DNA of 13,761 bases from Candidatus Aenigmatarchaeota archaeon (GCA_032249395.1 JAVVFY010000012.1:1-13761), one strand, 5' to 3'; numbered from the stretch's first letter, positions 1-7,772 are shown. Made by a program: numbers and translations. Notes: generated by a model from the letters alone, not told the origin.

Positions 1-160
1 TAGGATTGAAAAGAATTATATCAAACCAATCTTGAGAAATTCTTATGTAGGTTAAAATCAGACTAGTGTAGGATCGAAAGACTACTGCTAATGTTATTAC
101 TGCTGGAAGGATTTGATTTACTCCTTTATGGTTAAAATCAGACTAATGTAGGATTGAAAT
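1..160 (+). CRISPR. CRISPR array, truncated by the window start; 30-bp repeat GTTAAAATCAGACTAATGTAGGATTGAAAT
   Basis: Partial repeat at 1-12 (TAGGATTGAAAA) and full repeats at 51-80 (GTTAAAATCAGACTAGTGTAGGATCGAAAG) and 131-160 (GTTAAAATCAGACTAATGTAGGATTGAAAT). Unique spacers at 13-50 (38 bp) and 81-130 (50 bp). The 3' ATTGAAA(N) end is typical of archaeal class 1 (I-B/III) repeats and implies + orientation, so this is probably the leader-distal end. Confidence 0.9.
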
Positions 161-416
161 TCAACCGAAACAATAATAATAGATGAAATTAAGGAATGAA
201 TAAACTAGTTTGAATTATAAACTCATATTTTGCTTTTCAGATATTAATTATTCGTGGTTTCAGTTTTTGAAACTTTTGAATCATAAGAAGTTTCTTGTAA
301 AGAACATAAAACAATTTTTGGTTTTTACTACGAAGATATTTCGCAAATTTTTATTATAAAAATTGTATTGAAAAAATATCAAGAAACAAACTACATAAAT
401 TTGTTTATATTTCACT

Positions 417-555
417 TGTCGACATAAATCGACAGTTTTTACTGAAAAATTTAAACCCTAGAGATAAAAATTAGAAAGGAAAAAGAATTTAAGAAACTAG
501 ATTTATTATCTCTAGTACCTTTAGTTCTAAATTTAGCTGTCGAGTTTAACCGACA
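417..555. repeat. Nested inverted-repeat element (two TGTCGA-N6-YCGACA palindromes flanking a CTAGAGATAA/TTATCTCTAG inverted pair)
   Basis: TGTCGA-CATAAA-TCGACA at 417-434, TGTCGA-GTTTAA-CCGACA at 538-555, CTAGAGATAA at 458-467 and its exact reverse complement at 506-515. Both pairs are centred on ~486. Confidence 0.65.
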
Positions 556-684
556 CTTCTTATCGATGTATGGGTATCTCTAAGAGGGTAAAAGTTGAAT
601 GAAAACGACTAAAGATAAATTGTGTAGAATCCCAGGTACTCTCCCCCGAAAGGATTTTTATATAGCTTTTACAATATTAAATTA

Positions 685-1603
685 GTGAATAGAAAAAAAT
701 GTGATAACATGAGTAAGATTTCAAAAATTTTCACCCCTACTGAGAGCGGAATAGTAAGAAATCCGATGTTTTGGAGATTATTAGGTCTTTTAACGGGCGA
801 TAAAGATACAGGAATAGCCTCTTTTTGTAGCACTAGCAATTTGCTAATTGAAAATTGCTTAAAAATAGGGAGGTTGCTGTTCTCTGATAGTTGCATTAAT
901 GAAATTAAAACAAAATTTAAGAGCAACTGCAAACCTCTAAGAAGAATAAGATTCAAAGGAACAGCGAAGAAAATAATAGAAAAAGTTTATAAAAATCTTC
1001 CTCATTTCTTAAGAGAAATTGACGATAAAAGTTTCCTTTCAGTTTCTAACTGGACTTTATGAGGCAGACGGAACTGTAAGTTACAGACCTTCTGGAAGAA
1101 AAAAATATTTGGAAGTAGAAATAAAATTCGCAAGAGATGAGGGCAGTATAGCAAAGATTGTTGCTAAAAGACTGAAAGAGTTTATAAGTAAGGTAATACT
1201 TGTTCTAGATAACAAGAGTAATGTGTGGAGGTTACGAATTTACAAAGAGTTAGATGTTCTCAAATTTTTTGAGTTAGTAGATCCTTTGATAAGAAATCCA
1301 AAAAAGCCATCTAGTTTTACTGAGACTAGAACTCGAAATTCTTCCATAACTTGTCAAACTTTTTCTGAAATAAAAAAGAAATGGAAGAGCTTGTATACCC
1401 TCTACGATGATCTTTTAAAAAACCCATCTAAGATAGCTAATTTGTATCTTCTTCTTTCCAAGAAGAGAGGGACCATTATAAAATCCTTATCATATAAGAA
1501 TCGCCAAAAAGTTTATCTACTCCTCTATAAAAAGTTTAGGTCAGTTAAAGAAAGGCAGAAAATTGCAACTTTTTTACGTACTTTTTTGGGTAAATTAACT
1601 TAG
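685..1603 (+). pseudogene. Free-standing two-motif LAGLIDADG homing-endonuclease-like gene split by a +1 frameshift (ORFs 685-1062 and 1019-1603)
   Basis: Motif 1 (FWRLLGLLTGDK) lies in the first ORF. Motif 2 (FLTGLYEADG), followed by LEVEIKF and VWRLRIY...FFELVDP, lies in the overlapping +1-frame ORF. Removing one T from 1037-1039 gives a continuous 305-aa ORF (...REIDDKSFLQFLTGLYEADG...). No intein splice motifs are visible. Confidence 0.7.
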
Positions 1604-4600
1604 TTTCTCTTTTCTAACTTTTGCTCTATTTCATAAACAAGCTTTCTTGTTTTTGCCACGACATCAGGATTTACCGATACAGAATCGATGCCATATTTAA
1701 CTAAAAACTCTGTCATTTCTGGGTATACTGATGGCGCCTGACCGCAAATTGATACCGTAGCATTTTTTCTATGAGCTTTTCTAATGAGCTCTTTTATTGC
1801 TCTCAAAACGGCTTCATTTCTTTCGTCGAAATATCCCATGTTTGCTAAAATACCAGAATCTCTATCAATTCCTAATACTAATTGAGTCAAATCATTACTA
1901 CCTATGGAGAAACCATCACAATATTTAGCAAATTTATCTGCTAAGAAAACTATACTTGGAACTTCGGCCATTAACCAGACTTTGAATGTTTCACTTCTTT
2001 TCAATCCTTCTTCTTCCATCATTTTCAAAACTTTTTCAACTTCCCATGTTGTTCTAACAAAAGGCAGCATAACCCAAACGTTGTCTAACTTATATTCTTC
2101 TCGGACTTTTCTGATCGCTCTGCATTCCAATCTAAAGGCTTTTTCAAATTGTGGAGAAATATAACGAGAGACTCCACGCCAACCTAACATTGGATTGGCT
2201 TCTATAGGTTCATACTTTTCTCCACCAATTAATTGCCTGTATTCGTTCGTTTTGAAATCACTAAACCTTACAATAACAAATCTTGGATAAATTGCTTTAG
2301 CTACCATTGCTATTCCTTCAGCAAGCTTATCAATGTACTTTTGCTCTTCTCCTTTCTCAATCAAGTAATTAGGATGCTCTTTAATCCATTCAGCAATTAT
2401 GAACTCAATTCTCATCAAACCAATTCCATCAAAAGGCAAGTCTTTATATCTTTCAATCTCTGTTGGTACTCCAAGATTCATCAATATTTTTGTTTTCGTT
2501 TTTAGCTTTGCAGCTTCTTCTGGTGAAACTTCTAAAACTTTTTCTCTTTCTAACAATTCTCTAATTTCCCCATCGTAAACTAACCCACTTCTCGAATCGA
2601 GAGTTATCATCATTCCGTCTTTCAAAACTTCTAATGCATTAGAAGCTCCAACTATGCAAGGAATACCAAGTTCTCTCGATACTATCGCAGCATGAGACGT
2701 CATACCACCTTCAGTTGTTATTATTCCACTAGCAATTCTCATGAATGGAACCCAGTCTGGAGAAGTCATCTTTGTAACAAGTATATCTCCTTTTTCAAGT
2801 TTTTGTCTCGCTTCTTCTATTGTCAAGCAAACTTTAACTTTTCCAATAGCTACTCCAGGGGAAGCTGGCAAGCCTTTTAAAATTGGTGGCCTTTCAACAA
2901 TTATTTTTGATTCCTTCTTTTCATAAAATACAGTTACTGGCCTAGATTGCACCAAATAAACTTTTCCATTTTCACTAGCCCATTCAAAATCTTGTGGAAA
3001 TTGGTAATGTTCTTCCAACTTTCTTGCTAAACTCCAAAGCTGTTTTATTTCATCTTCGCTTAAACACAAAACTTTTCTCATATTTTCGGGAACTTCTATT
3101 TCTTCCAATTCTCCGCCTTCTTTCGTTATTTTCATTTTCTCTTTAGTACCAACATGACTTTCCAAAACTTTTCCACTTTCCTTATCGATAACATAAGTAT
3201 CAGGATTAACTTCTCCACTAACAATAGCTTCTCCTTGACCATAAGAAGCTTCTACAACAATTTTGTCTTTCTCTCCAGTAACAGGATGAATTGTAAAACC
3301 TATGCCAGCTTTGTATTTTCCTTGTAAATATTCTTCTTTGCTCAAAACTCCGAGCTGTTTTTGAACTACAACCGCAATATAAACTTTTTCATGTTTGAAG
3401 CCTTTTTGTTGTCTATAGAATGTTGCTCTTGCGGTAAACAAACTCGCCCAACATTTTTGAACGGCTTTAACAACATTTTCCTTAGTTTTTATGTTTATCA
3501 AAGTTAGTTGCTGACCGGCGAAACTGGCTGTATTATGTGTAAAAATACCGTTTGCATTAAAGTTTTCTGCAAAAGGTACAACAAAATCATAAACAAATCC
3601 CTCATACTCTACTTCCTCTACTTTAACGATTTTATCCCAATACACATCTTTAAATAAAATTTCCTCTATTTCGTCTTCCACTCCAAATTTTTGTGCTTTA
3701 GTCAATAATAGCTTCTGACCGCCTTTAACTACTCCAGTATTCCAAGGAAGGAAACCTTTTAAAAACCTACCATTCTCATCTCTTTCTGATATCTCTACCT
3801 CTTCTCCCTCTATTGTTTGTTCTTCGTAAAAAGTTCTATGGCAATTTAAACACCTATACCTTTTTTTGTTTTTGTAAGGGGAAGTTATTTCCAGTTTTCC
3901 TTTACAGATCGGACAAAAACGTACTTTTATTTTTCTTCCAAATTTATCTAGTAGAAGCTCCTTCGCATTCAACTTATAACTTTCAATTTCATCGTGCTCT
4001 ACTTTATCCTCTATTTCAATTTTTTTAGCGGAAAACTTAGAGACCTCTAGAGCAAGTTTATATGAGTATTTTTTAGGAATAATAATCTTGTATGCTTTCT
4101 TTTTTCCTTCTCTTTTTCCAATAAAGGTCAAATAGCCTAAAGAAGATAAGAAATAAAGAAGCTCATACGCCAAACTTTCAAATTTCGTTACAAATTCGAA
4201 CCTTTCCCCAGATAGACAGCCGTCTCCGTCGAAATATCCTGCAATTAAGGAAATTTTTAAATTTCTTTTTAAATTGAACAAAAGACCATTTATGCTTTTT
4301 ACATTTTTCCCTTTACCTTTTCCTAATTTTTCCTTAACTGTTAGGAGTTTTATTAATCTAGCTAATGGTGCAGATTCGACCCTAACATCTAAACCATTAT
4401 CCTTTGGATTTAGTCCAAGCTCTTTAAATGCTTCTATACATTTTTTTCTGATTTTTTCGTCTTTCGACGTAATTATAATTTGATTTTTATAGATAGTGCC
4501 ATCAGCTATTATTACTCCCAACAGATATGCAAAATTTTCAGTTATTTTTATTTTAGATGGAATCGCATTCTCTTGCAAAATTTTATTTGAAACGTAAATC

Positions 4601-5382
4601 TTACCATCAATAACATTGAATTTAATTTTGTTTTTTCTAAAGAATTCTCCTACATCAATTTCATCAACAGTTTCCTCTACCGAAAATCTTCTTAAACATG
4701 GAATTAAACAATCTATTCCTTCCTCTAGAAATGTCGGAAATATATTTAAATCTTTATCAAGAACTATCAAAGAATGATCCTTTGATAATAGGATTTCTCT
4801 TCCGCTTCTTAGTTTAACTTTATAAAGTTTATCCTTTATATAATGCTTGTATACTCCAGCTTTTCTCCATTTCACTTCTCCTTTTTCAAAAGAGAGTACC
4901 TCTAAACTCTTGCCATTAGCCAGCTCACATATTTTGCTTATCCTATCAACAACAATTTCACCATTAATTTTCACGATAGTATACGAATCTGTAATAGACG
5001 GAACATCTTCAGCGGTGGCAGAACTTCTTACAGCAACATACTCTTCTTCTTTTCCAAACTCTTTTGACAGCTTTTCATAAGCTTCTATTATTTCCCTTTC
5101 TATTTCTTCTGGCATTTTTGCATTTTCAATTAATTCTCTAATCTTTTTTGTATTTTCTTCAAGATTTGTTGGATTGTTGAAATCTGTTTCTTTCAAAATC
5201 TTCAAAATTTTCCCTTTTAATTTAGTTTTCTTTAGAAACTCTTTATAAGCTTCAGCGGTAACAACAAAAGCTTGTGGGACTGGTAATCCCGCATTATACA
5301 TTTCCCCCAAATTAGCGGCTTTCCCTCCAACTAGAAGCAAATCATTTTTTGATAATTCTTTCAGCCATTTTATGAATTTCAT
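1600..5382 (-). CDS. ppsA: Phosphoenolpyruvate synthase (pyruvate, water dikinase), intein-containing precursor; 771 aa after splicing
   Basis: VGGKAANLGEM, VAVRSSATAED..ASFAGQQ, QDFEWA..LVQSRPVT (ATP-grasp); GGMTSHAAIVSRELG (phospho-His domain); VRFSDFKTNEY, ANPMLGWRG, FSIGSNDLTQ, SICGQAP (PEP/pyruvate-binding barrel). Confidence 0.97.
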   Translation of the reverse strand: MKFIKWLKELSKNDLLLVGGKAANLGEMYNAGLPVPQAFVVTAEAYKEFLKKTKLKGKILKILKETDFNNPTNLEENTKKIRELIENAKMPEEIEREIIEAYEKLSKEFGKEEEYVAVRSSATAEDVPSITDSYTIVKINGEIVVDRISKICELANGKSLEVLSFEKGEVKWRKAGVYKHYIKDKLYKVKLRSGREILLSKDHSLIVLDKDLNIFPTFLEEGIDCLIPCLRRFSVEETVDEIDVGEFFRKNKIKFNVIDGKIYVSNKILQENAIPSKIKITENFAYLLGVIIADGTIYKNQIIITSKDEKIRKKCIEAFKELGLNPKDNGLDVRVESAPLARLIKLLTVKEKLGKGKGKNVKSINGLLFNLKRNLKISLIAGYFDGDGCLSGERFEFVTKFESLAYELLYFLSSLGYLTFIGKREGKKKAYKIIIPKKYSYKLALEVSKFSAKKIEIEDKVEHDEIESYKLNAKELLLDKFGRKIKVRFCPICKGKLEITSPYKNKKRYRCLNCHRTFYEEQTIEGEEVEISERDENGRFLKGFLPWNTGVVKGGQKLLLTKAQKFGVEDEIEEILFKDVYWDKIVKVEEVEYEGFVYDFVVPFAENFNANGIFTHNTASFAGQQLTLINIKTKENVVKAVQKCWASLFTARATFYRQQKGFKHEKVYIAVVVQKQLGVLSKEEYLQGKYKAGIGFTIHPVTGEKDKIVVEASYGQGEAIVSGEVNPDTYVIDKESGKVLESHVGTKEKMKITKEGGELEEIEVPENMRKVLCLSEDEIKQLWSLARKLEEHYQFPQDFEWASENGKVYLVQSRPVTVFYEKKESKIIVERPPILKGLPASPGVAIGKVKVCLTIEEARQKLEKGDILVTKMTSPDWVPFMRIASGIITTEGGMTSHAAIVSRELGIPCIVGASNALEVLKDGMMITLDSRSGLVYDGEIRELLEREKVLEVSPEEAAKLKTKTKILMNLGVPTEIERYKDLPFDGIGLMRIEFIIAEWIKEHPNYLIEKGEEQKYIDKLAEGIAMVAKAIYPRFVIVRFSDFKTNEYRQLIGGEKYEPIEANPMLGWRGVSRYISPQFEKAFRLECRAIRKVREEYKLDNVWVMLPFVRTTWEVEKVLKMMEEEGLKRSETFKVWLMAEVPSIVFLADKFAKYCDGFSIGSNDLTQLVLGIDRDSGILANMGYFDERNEAVLRAIKELIRKAHRKNATVSICGQAPSVYPEMTEFLVKYGIDSVSVNPDVVAKTRKLVYEIEQKLEKRN
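3532..4998 (-). mobile_element. Intein with LAGLIDADG homing endonuclease (489 aa, residues 129-617 of the precursor)
   Basis: Interrupts the conserved AEDVP|TASFAGQ motif. Starts with Ser (SITDSYTIV); block B LSKDHSL; LAGLIDADG blocks YLLGVIIADG and LIAGYFDGDG; blocks F/G VYDFVVPFAENFNANGIFTHN followed by +1 Thr. Confidence 0.95.
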
Positions 5383-5414
5383 AAAAAGTTATTCTTTTCC
5401 AATTAAAAAAGTTT

Positions 5415-6098
5415 ATGAGAGTTGGAGTGCTTTTTAGTGGAGGAAAAGATTCAACTTTAGCCCTAATTAAAGCCAGCAGAGAGCATAAGATAGAATGCTT
5501 AATTTCTATGATATCAGAAAATCCAGAGAGTTACATGTTTCATGTACCCAACACTTCATTAACTAAATACCAAGCAGAAGCAATGGAAATTCCTATAATT
5601 CAAAAATTCACCAAAGGAGAAAAAGAGATAGAATTAACTGATTTAAAAAAAGCTATTAAAGAAGCAAAAGAAAAGTTTGGAATCGAGGGCATTGTTACCG
5701 GCGCAATTAAGTCGAATTATCAGTATTCTAGAATAAAAAAGATTTGTGATGAGTTAAGACTTGAATTAATTTCTCCACTTTGGCAAATGGATGAGGAAGA
5801 AGAATTGAAAGAAGTTTTAAGAGAAGGAATCAAAGCAATAATTGTTTCAGTCTCTGCTTATCCTTTGACAAAAGATTTTCTTGGGAAAGAAATAGATGAA
5901 GCGATTGTTAAAAAGTTCATTGGGTTTAGAGAAAAGTTTGGTTTTAATCCTTCTGGCGAGGGAGGGGAATACGAGACTTTTGTGATAGATGCGCCAATTT
6001 TTAAGAAAAGAATTTCTATTGAAGATTTTGAGATTGTCTGGAAAGAAAATTCAGGATATTTAGAAATCAAAAAAATAAGATTAGTGGATAAAATTTAA
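5415..6098 (+). CDS. dph6: Diphthine--ammonia ligase / PP-loop ATP pyrophosphatase (Dph6, MJ0570-like)
   Basis: PP-loop LFSGGKDS, ESYMFH, GIVTGAIKSNYQ..R, SPLWQ and GEGGEYETFV motifs; 227 aa. Confidence 0.88.
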   Translation: MRVGVLFSGGKDSTLALIKASREHKIECLISMISENPESYMFHVPNTSLTKYQAEAMEIPIIQKFTKGEKEIELTDLKKAIKEAKEKFGIEGIVTGAIKSNYQYSRIKKICDELRLELISPLWQMDEEEELKEVLREGIKAIIVSVSAYPLTKDFLGKEIDEAIVKKFIGFREKFGFNPSGEGGEYETFVIDAPIFKKRISIEDFEIVWKENSGYLEIKKIRLVDKI

Positions 6099-6208
6099 CG
6101 CCGGGGGTGGGATTCGAACCCACAAGGGCGTTAAAGCCCACCGGTTTTCTTCATATCTCAGATCTCGATAATTCGAGACCGGTGCCATACCAGTTAGGCG
6201 ACCCCGGC
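6099..6208 (-). tRNA. tRNA-Ser(CGA) with a 25-nt intron at position 37/38 (intron 6147-6171); CCA not encoded
   Basis: Minus strand reads GCCGGGG/CCCCGGC acceptor stem, D-arm GCC-TAACTGGTAT-GGC, anticodon stem CCGGT/ACCGG with loop CT-CGA-A^A, long variable arm GGGC-TTTAAC-GCCC, T-arm GTGGG-TTCGAAT-CCCAC, discriminator G. The mature body is 85 nt. Confidence 0.93.
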
Positions 6209-6234
6209 CCATAATAATTTATTATTAGCAAAGT

Positions 6235-6912
6235 TTAGAAAACTTCAGTTCCAGAATGTTTGCCTTCTATTGCTTTTACTATTTCTCTTGGATTTCTACC
6301 ATCAATTACTATAAGTTTTATTTTCTTTTCTTTCAAGAGTTTTGCAGCTTTCAAATCAAAAAGTCTATATTCTCCAGGTCTTTGCGGATTCTTAGAAATT
6401 ATCTTGATGAACTCATCATAGCTTAATCTCTCAAATTTCTTTGCATCTTTAAAATTATTTGGATCTTTATCGTATATTCCATCTACATTGGTAGCATTAA
6501 TGACCATATCGGCATTAACTAAAGAAGCAAAATAAGCTGAATCAAAATCTGTAGAGCAGCCAACATCATACCCCGCGCAAACAACAACTTTCTTCCCAAA
6601 ATACTTTTTAACTTCTTTTGAAGCTTCCTTCAAACTCTTCCATTTAACAAGATAGGAATTTTTTATGAATGTGGAAAATGTTGCAGCGTTTATATGGGTT
6701 GCCATTATTCCTATAAAATCTAGCATTTCGTTGCTTGCTTTAGCTTTTCTAGCTATACTTTGGTAAGTTCTTGCAGTTGTTCCACCACCACAAACAACGA
6801 TAACTTTATGCTTTTTAGAAATTTTGTTAATTACATATGCATACTTCTTAAAATTTTCGTATTTTAATTCTTTTGTAAGTAATGATCCACCAATTGAAAT
6901 TATAATCTTCAT
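6235..6912 (-). CDS. pyrH: Uridylate (UMP) kinase, archaeal type
   Basis: IIISIGGSLL, VCGGGTTARTY, DFIGIMATHINA, STDFDSA, ATNVDGIYDKDP and GKHSGT motifs of the amino-acid-kinase family; 225 aa. Confidence 0.92.
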   Translation of the reverse strand: MKIIISIGGSLLTKELKYENFKKYAYVINKISKKHKVIVVCGGGTTARTYQSIARKAKASNEMLDFIGIMATHINAATFSTFIKNSYLVKWKSLKEASKEVKKYFGKKVVVCAGYDVGCSTDFDSAYFASLVNADMVINATNVDGIYDKDPNNFKDAKKFERLSYDEFIKIISKNPQRPGEYRLFDLKAAKLLKEKKIKLIVIDGRNPREIVKAIEGKHSGTEVF

Positions 6913-6968
6913 GTTATTATGTTATTCTATTATCTGAAAAAAATAAAAACTAAACTTTACTCCAATCT

Positions 6969-7742
6969 TTATAACCATTTGCTCAACCATTTTAGAGTAA
7001 TCCTAATAACACTTTTCTTTGCTTTTTCTCCACTGAATGTATGGTTCAAATCTTTAACTATTACTATCTTTTTTGGTGACTTAATCTTTCTATAGAACTT
7101 CATTCCTTCAGATGGCGGAACTATGTCGTCTAACTCTCCGTAAATAAGTAGAGTCGGAATTTTTATTCTCCAGGCAAGTTTTGAAAGATTATACTTTAAA
7201 CTATCTTGCACATACTTCTTTGTTATTTTGTAGTCCCACTCATAAATATAACCTTTTCTCTCAATTTCATAAAACCATGTTTTACTCCAGAATTCTTTTA
7301 AATCAGATAGCCTCCCCATCCAAGAAACAAGGCACTTGATTCTTTTATCTTTAGTAGCCTGTAAAAAAGAAACATAAGCGCCTTGGCTATGTCCTATTAA
7401 ACATACTCTCTTGTTGTCTATTTGGGGGAATTTTTCTGAAACTTGTGTAATAACAGCATCTAAATCTTTCAACATAGAGGTTACAGTTTGATCTTCAAAC
7501 TTTCCTTCTGAATCTCCACTACCTCTAAAATCAAATCTTAAAACTGCAAATCCGTTTTTTGAAAACTCTCTAGCAGCTCTTACGAAGAACGCATTCCAGG
7601 TACCTAATTTATTTGCGCTCCATCCATGCACCAATACAACTAAAGGAATTCTTCCTTTTTTATTCGGTAGATGAAGAACTCCAATTATTTGTTGATTTTC
7701 ACACTCAAAAGTTAAAGGAATCTCTATTGTTCGCTTCTTCAT
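6969..7742 (-). CDS. Alpha/beta-fold serine hydrolase
   Basis: VLVHGW, RFDFRGSGDSEG, nucleophile elbow GHSQG, acid in YGELDDIV, His in DLNHTF; the Ser-Asp-His triad appears complete. Confidence 0.92.
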   Translation of the reverse strand: MKKRTIEIPLTFECENQQIIGVLHLPNKKGRIPLVVLVHGWSANKLGTWNAFFVRAAREFSKNGFAVLRFDFRGSGDSEGKFEDQTVTSMLKDLDAVITQVSEKFPQIDNKRVCLIGHSQGAYVSFLQATKDKRIKCLVSWMGRLSDLKEFWSKTWFYEIERKGYIYEWDYKITKKYVQDSLKYNLSKLAWRIKIPTLLIYGELDDIVPPSEGMKFYRKIKSPKKIVIVKDLNHTFSGEKAKKSVIRITLKWLSKWL

Positions 7743-7752
7743 AATTTCTAAT

Positions 7753-7771
7753 ATTTAAGTTCAACTTAAAT
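7753..7771. promoter_or_regulatory. Perfect palindrome ATTTAAGTT-C-AACTTAAAT in the 30-bp divergent promoter gap
   Basis: 9-bp arms with a 1-bp centre between the ATGs at 7742 (-) and 7773 (+). The minus-strand TTTAAG lies 23-28 bp upstream of the hydrolase ATG, a TATA-box position for a leaderless mRNA. Confidence 0.45.
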
Positions 7772-7772
7772 T

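Noticed and set aside
13..130. Self-targeting of the window by CRISPR spacers
   Set aside because: By eye only short matches were found (e.g. an 11-bp AAGATTGGTTT near 12706 to the reverse complement of spacer 1), as expected by chance.
178..200. AATAGATGAAATTAAGGAATG resembles my recollection of the 3' half of a Cas12f (Cas14a) repeat
   Set aside because: Single copy, purine/AT-rich, lacks the matching 5' half and terminal CAAC, and no cas12f gene is in the window; probably coincidence.
193..222. Possible degenerate fourth CRISPR repeat (AAACTAGTTTGAATTATAA)
   Set aside because: Only the ACTAGT core and scattered A/T positions match, and a gap is needed; not distinguishable from chance in AT-rich DNA.
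1600..1603. Overlapping stop codons (TTAG) of the convergent LAGLIDADG and ppsA genes
   Set aside because: Real, but common in compact genomes; there is no evidence that the free-standing nuclease targets ppsA.
6099..6140. tRNA-Ser 3' end as an integration (att) site for the left-hand region
   Set aside because: No duplicate of the tRNA 3' end and no integrase seen; the flanking genes are housekeeping.
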